DNA of 64,000 nucleotides, taken from Octopus bimaculoides. Taxonomy: Eukaryota. The stretch lies in NCBI RefSeq assembly GCF_001194135.2, contig NC_068985.1:6574736-6638735 (forward strand). Reading direction: 5' to 3'. Each line of letters opens with the position of its first letter. Position 1 is the first letter of the stretch. The translations under genes and the position numbers were made by a program. Below are positions 62,748 through 64,000 of this stretch, in pieces. Under the pieces are notes generated by a model, which saw only the letters and a list, made by a program, of their open reading frames with translations, did no database searches and was not told where the DNA came from.

Positions 62748-64000
62748 NNNNNNNNNNNNNNNNNNNNNNNNNNNNNNNNNNNNNNNNNNNNNNNNNNNNN
62801 NNNNNNNNNNNNNNNNNNNNNNNNNNNNNNNNNNNNNNNNNNNNNNNNNNNNNNNNNNNNNNNNNNNNNNNNNNNNNNNNNNNNNNNNNNNNNNNNNNNN
62901 NNNNNNNNNNNNNNNNNNNNNNNNNNNNNNNNNNNNNNNNNNNNNNNNNNNNNNNNNNNNNNNNNNNNNNNNNNNNNNNNNNNNNNNNNNNNNNNNNNNN
63001 NNNNNNNNNNNNNNNNNNNNNNNNNNNNNNNNNNNNNNNNNNNNNNNNNNNNNNNNNNNNNNNNNNNNNNNNNNNNNNNNNNNNNNNNNNNNNNNNNNNN
63101 NNNNNNNNNNNNNNNNNNNNNNNNNNNNNNNNNNNNNNNNNNNNNNNNNNNNNNNNNNNNNNNNNNNNNNNNNNNNNNNNNNNNNNNNNNNNNNNNNNNN
63201 NNNNNNNNNNNNNNNNNNNNNNNNNNNNNNNNNNNNNNNNNNNNNNNNNNNNNNNNNNNNNNNNNNNNNNNNNNNNNNNNNNNNNNNNNNNNNNNNNNNN
63301 NNNNNNNNNNNNNNNNNNNNNNNNNNNNNNNNNNNNNNNNNNNNNNNNNNNNNNNNNNNNNNNNNNNNNNNNNNNNNNNNNNNNNNNNNNNNNNNNNNNN
63401 NNNNNNNNNNNNNNNNNNNNNNNNNNNNNNNNNNNNNNNNNNNNNNNNNNNNNNNNNNNNNNNNNNNNNNNNNNNNNNNNNNNNNNNNNNNNNNNNNNNN
63501 NNNNNNNNNCAATAGATATATATTATCCATATAAATAAATACAGTGTACATTTAAACACATAAGAGAGATGTCTATAAAAGGATATCTAACCCGCTACAA
63601 GGAGCAGTCAACCTCCAAACCACAATTAGGGATAATTTCGAAAGTGAATGAAAAATAAAAACGTTTACCATCTATTTCCTGAACCATGGTTTCAAGCTAT
63701 TTTCAGCAAAATAAAATAATTTGCTATGCCAACTATCATCAGCAGGAAAGCCAAGATTAACATATAAACACGAGGCAATACATAGAAACATGCGTGCTTA
63801 TATATTATAAGTTTTCATATCTACCGCGCATGTGCGGTTTTCTTATCGGCAGTAAATATTAAAAATGCCGATTTTCTTCCAGGCATGTTTGACTAGTACT
63901 AGAGGTTAGGTTTTTTTTATAGTTAAGAGGCCTGGGTAGAGGAAGAAAGAGAATTAGATATATTCCGATAAAATATTCATAAATAGGAAAATTTAACAAG

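Overview
AT-rich eukaryotic genomic scaffold with 15 N-gaps, almost all flanked by tandem repeats. Its repeat landscape (tRNA-derived SINE families, R4/Dong-, CR1- and RTE-type LINEs, Penelope-like elements, Tc1/mariner elements, dense TA/CA/TAA/TATC microsatellites) resembles an octopod cephalopod genome; this taxon call is inference from repeat families, not a database match. I recognise no host protein-coding gene, tRNA, rRNA or CRISPR array. Every identifiable ORF is a degenerate transposable-element fragment, and most long ORFs in the track are artefacts of N-runs or microsatellites. The most unusual signals are: (i) minimal type I hammerhead-ribozyme motifs with palindromic stem III in several dispersed repeats, two of them at the apex of long foldbacks (37346-37745, 59290-59410); (ii) a 91-bp minisatellite amplified from a LINE reverse-transcriptase coding segment; (iii) a SINE family with exchangeable 3' tails, including one chimeric copy; (iv) a Tc1-like transposase with DD36E spacing and a DD37D (maT-type) element; (v) four minus-strand candidate exons (42472 to 36220) that splice in frame into an unrecognised hydrophobic protein. 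Element boundaries are approximate unless a TSD or TIR is quoted.
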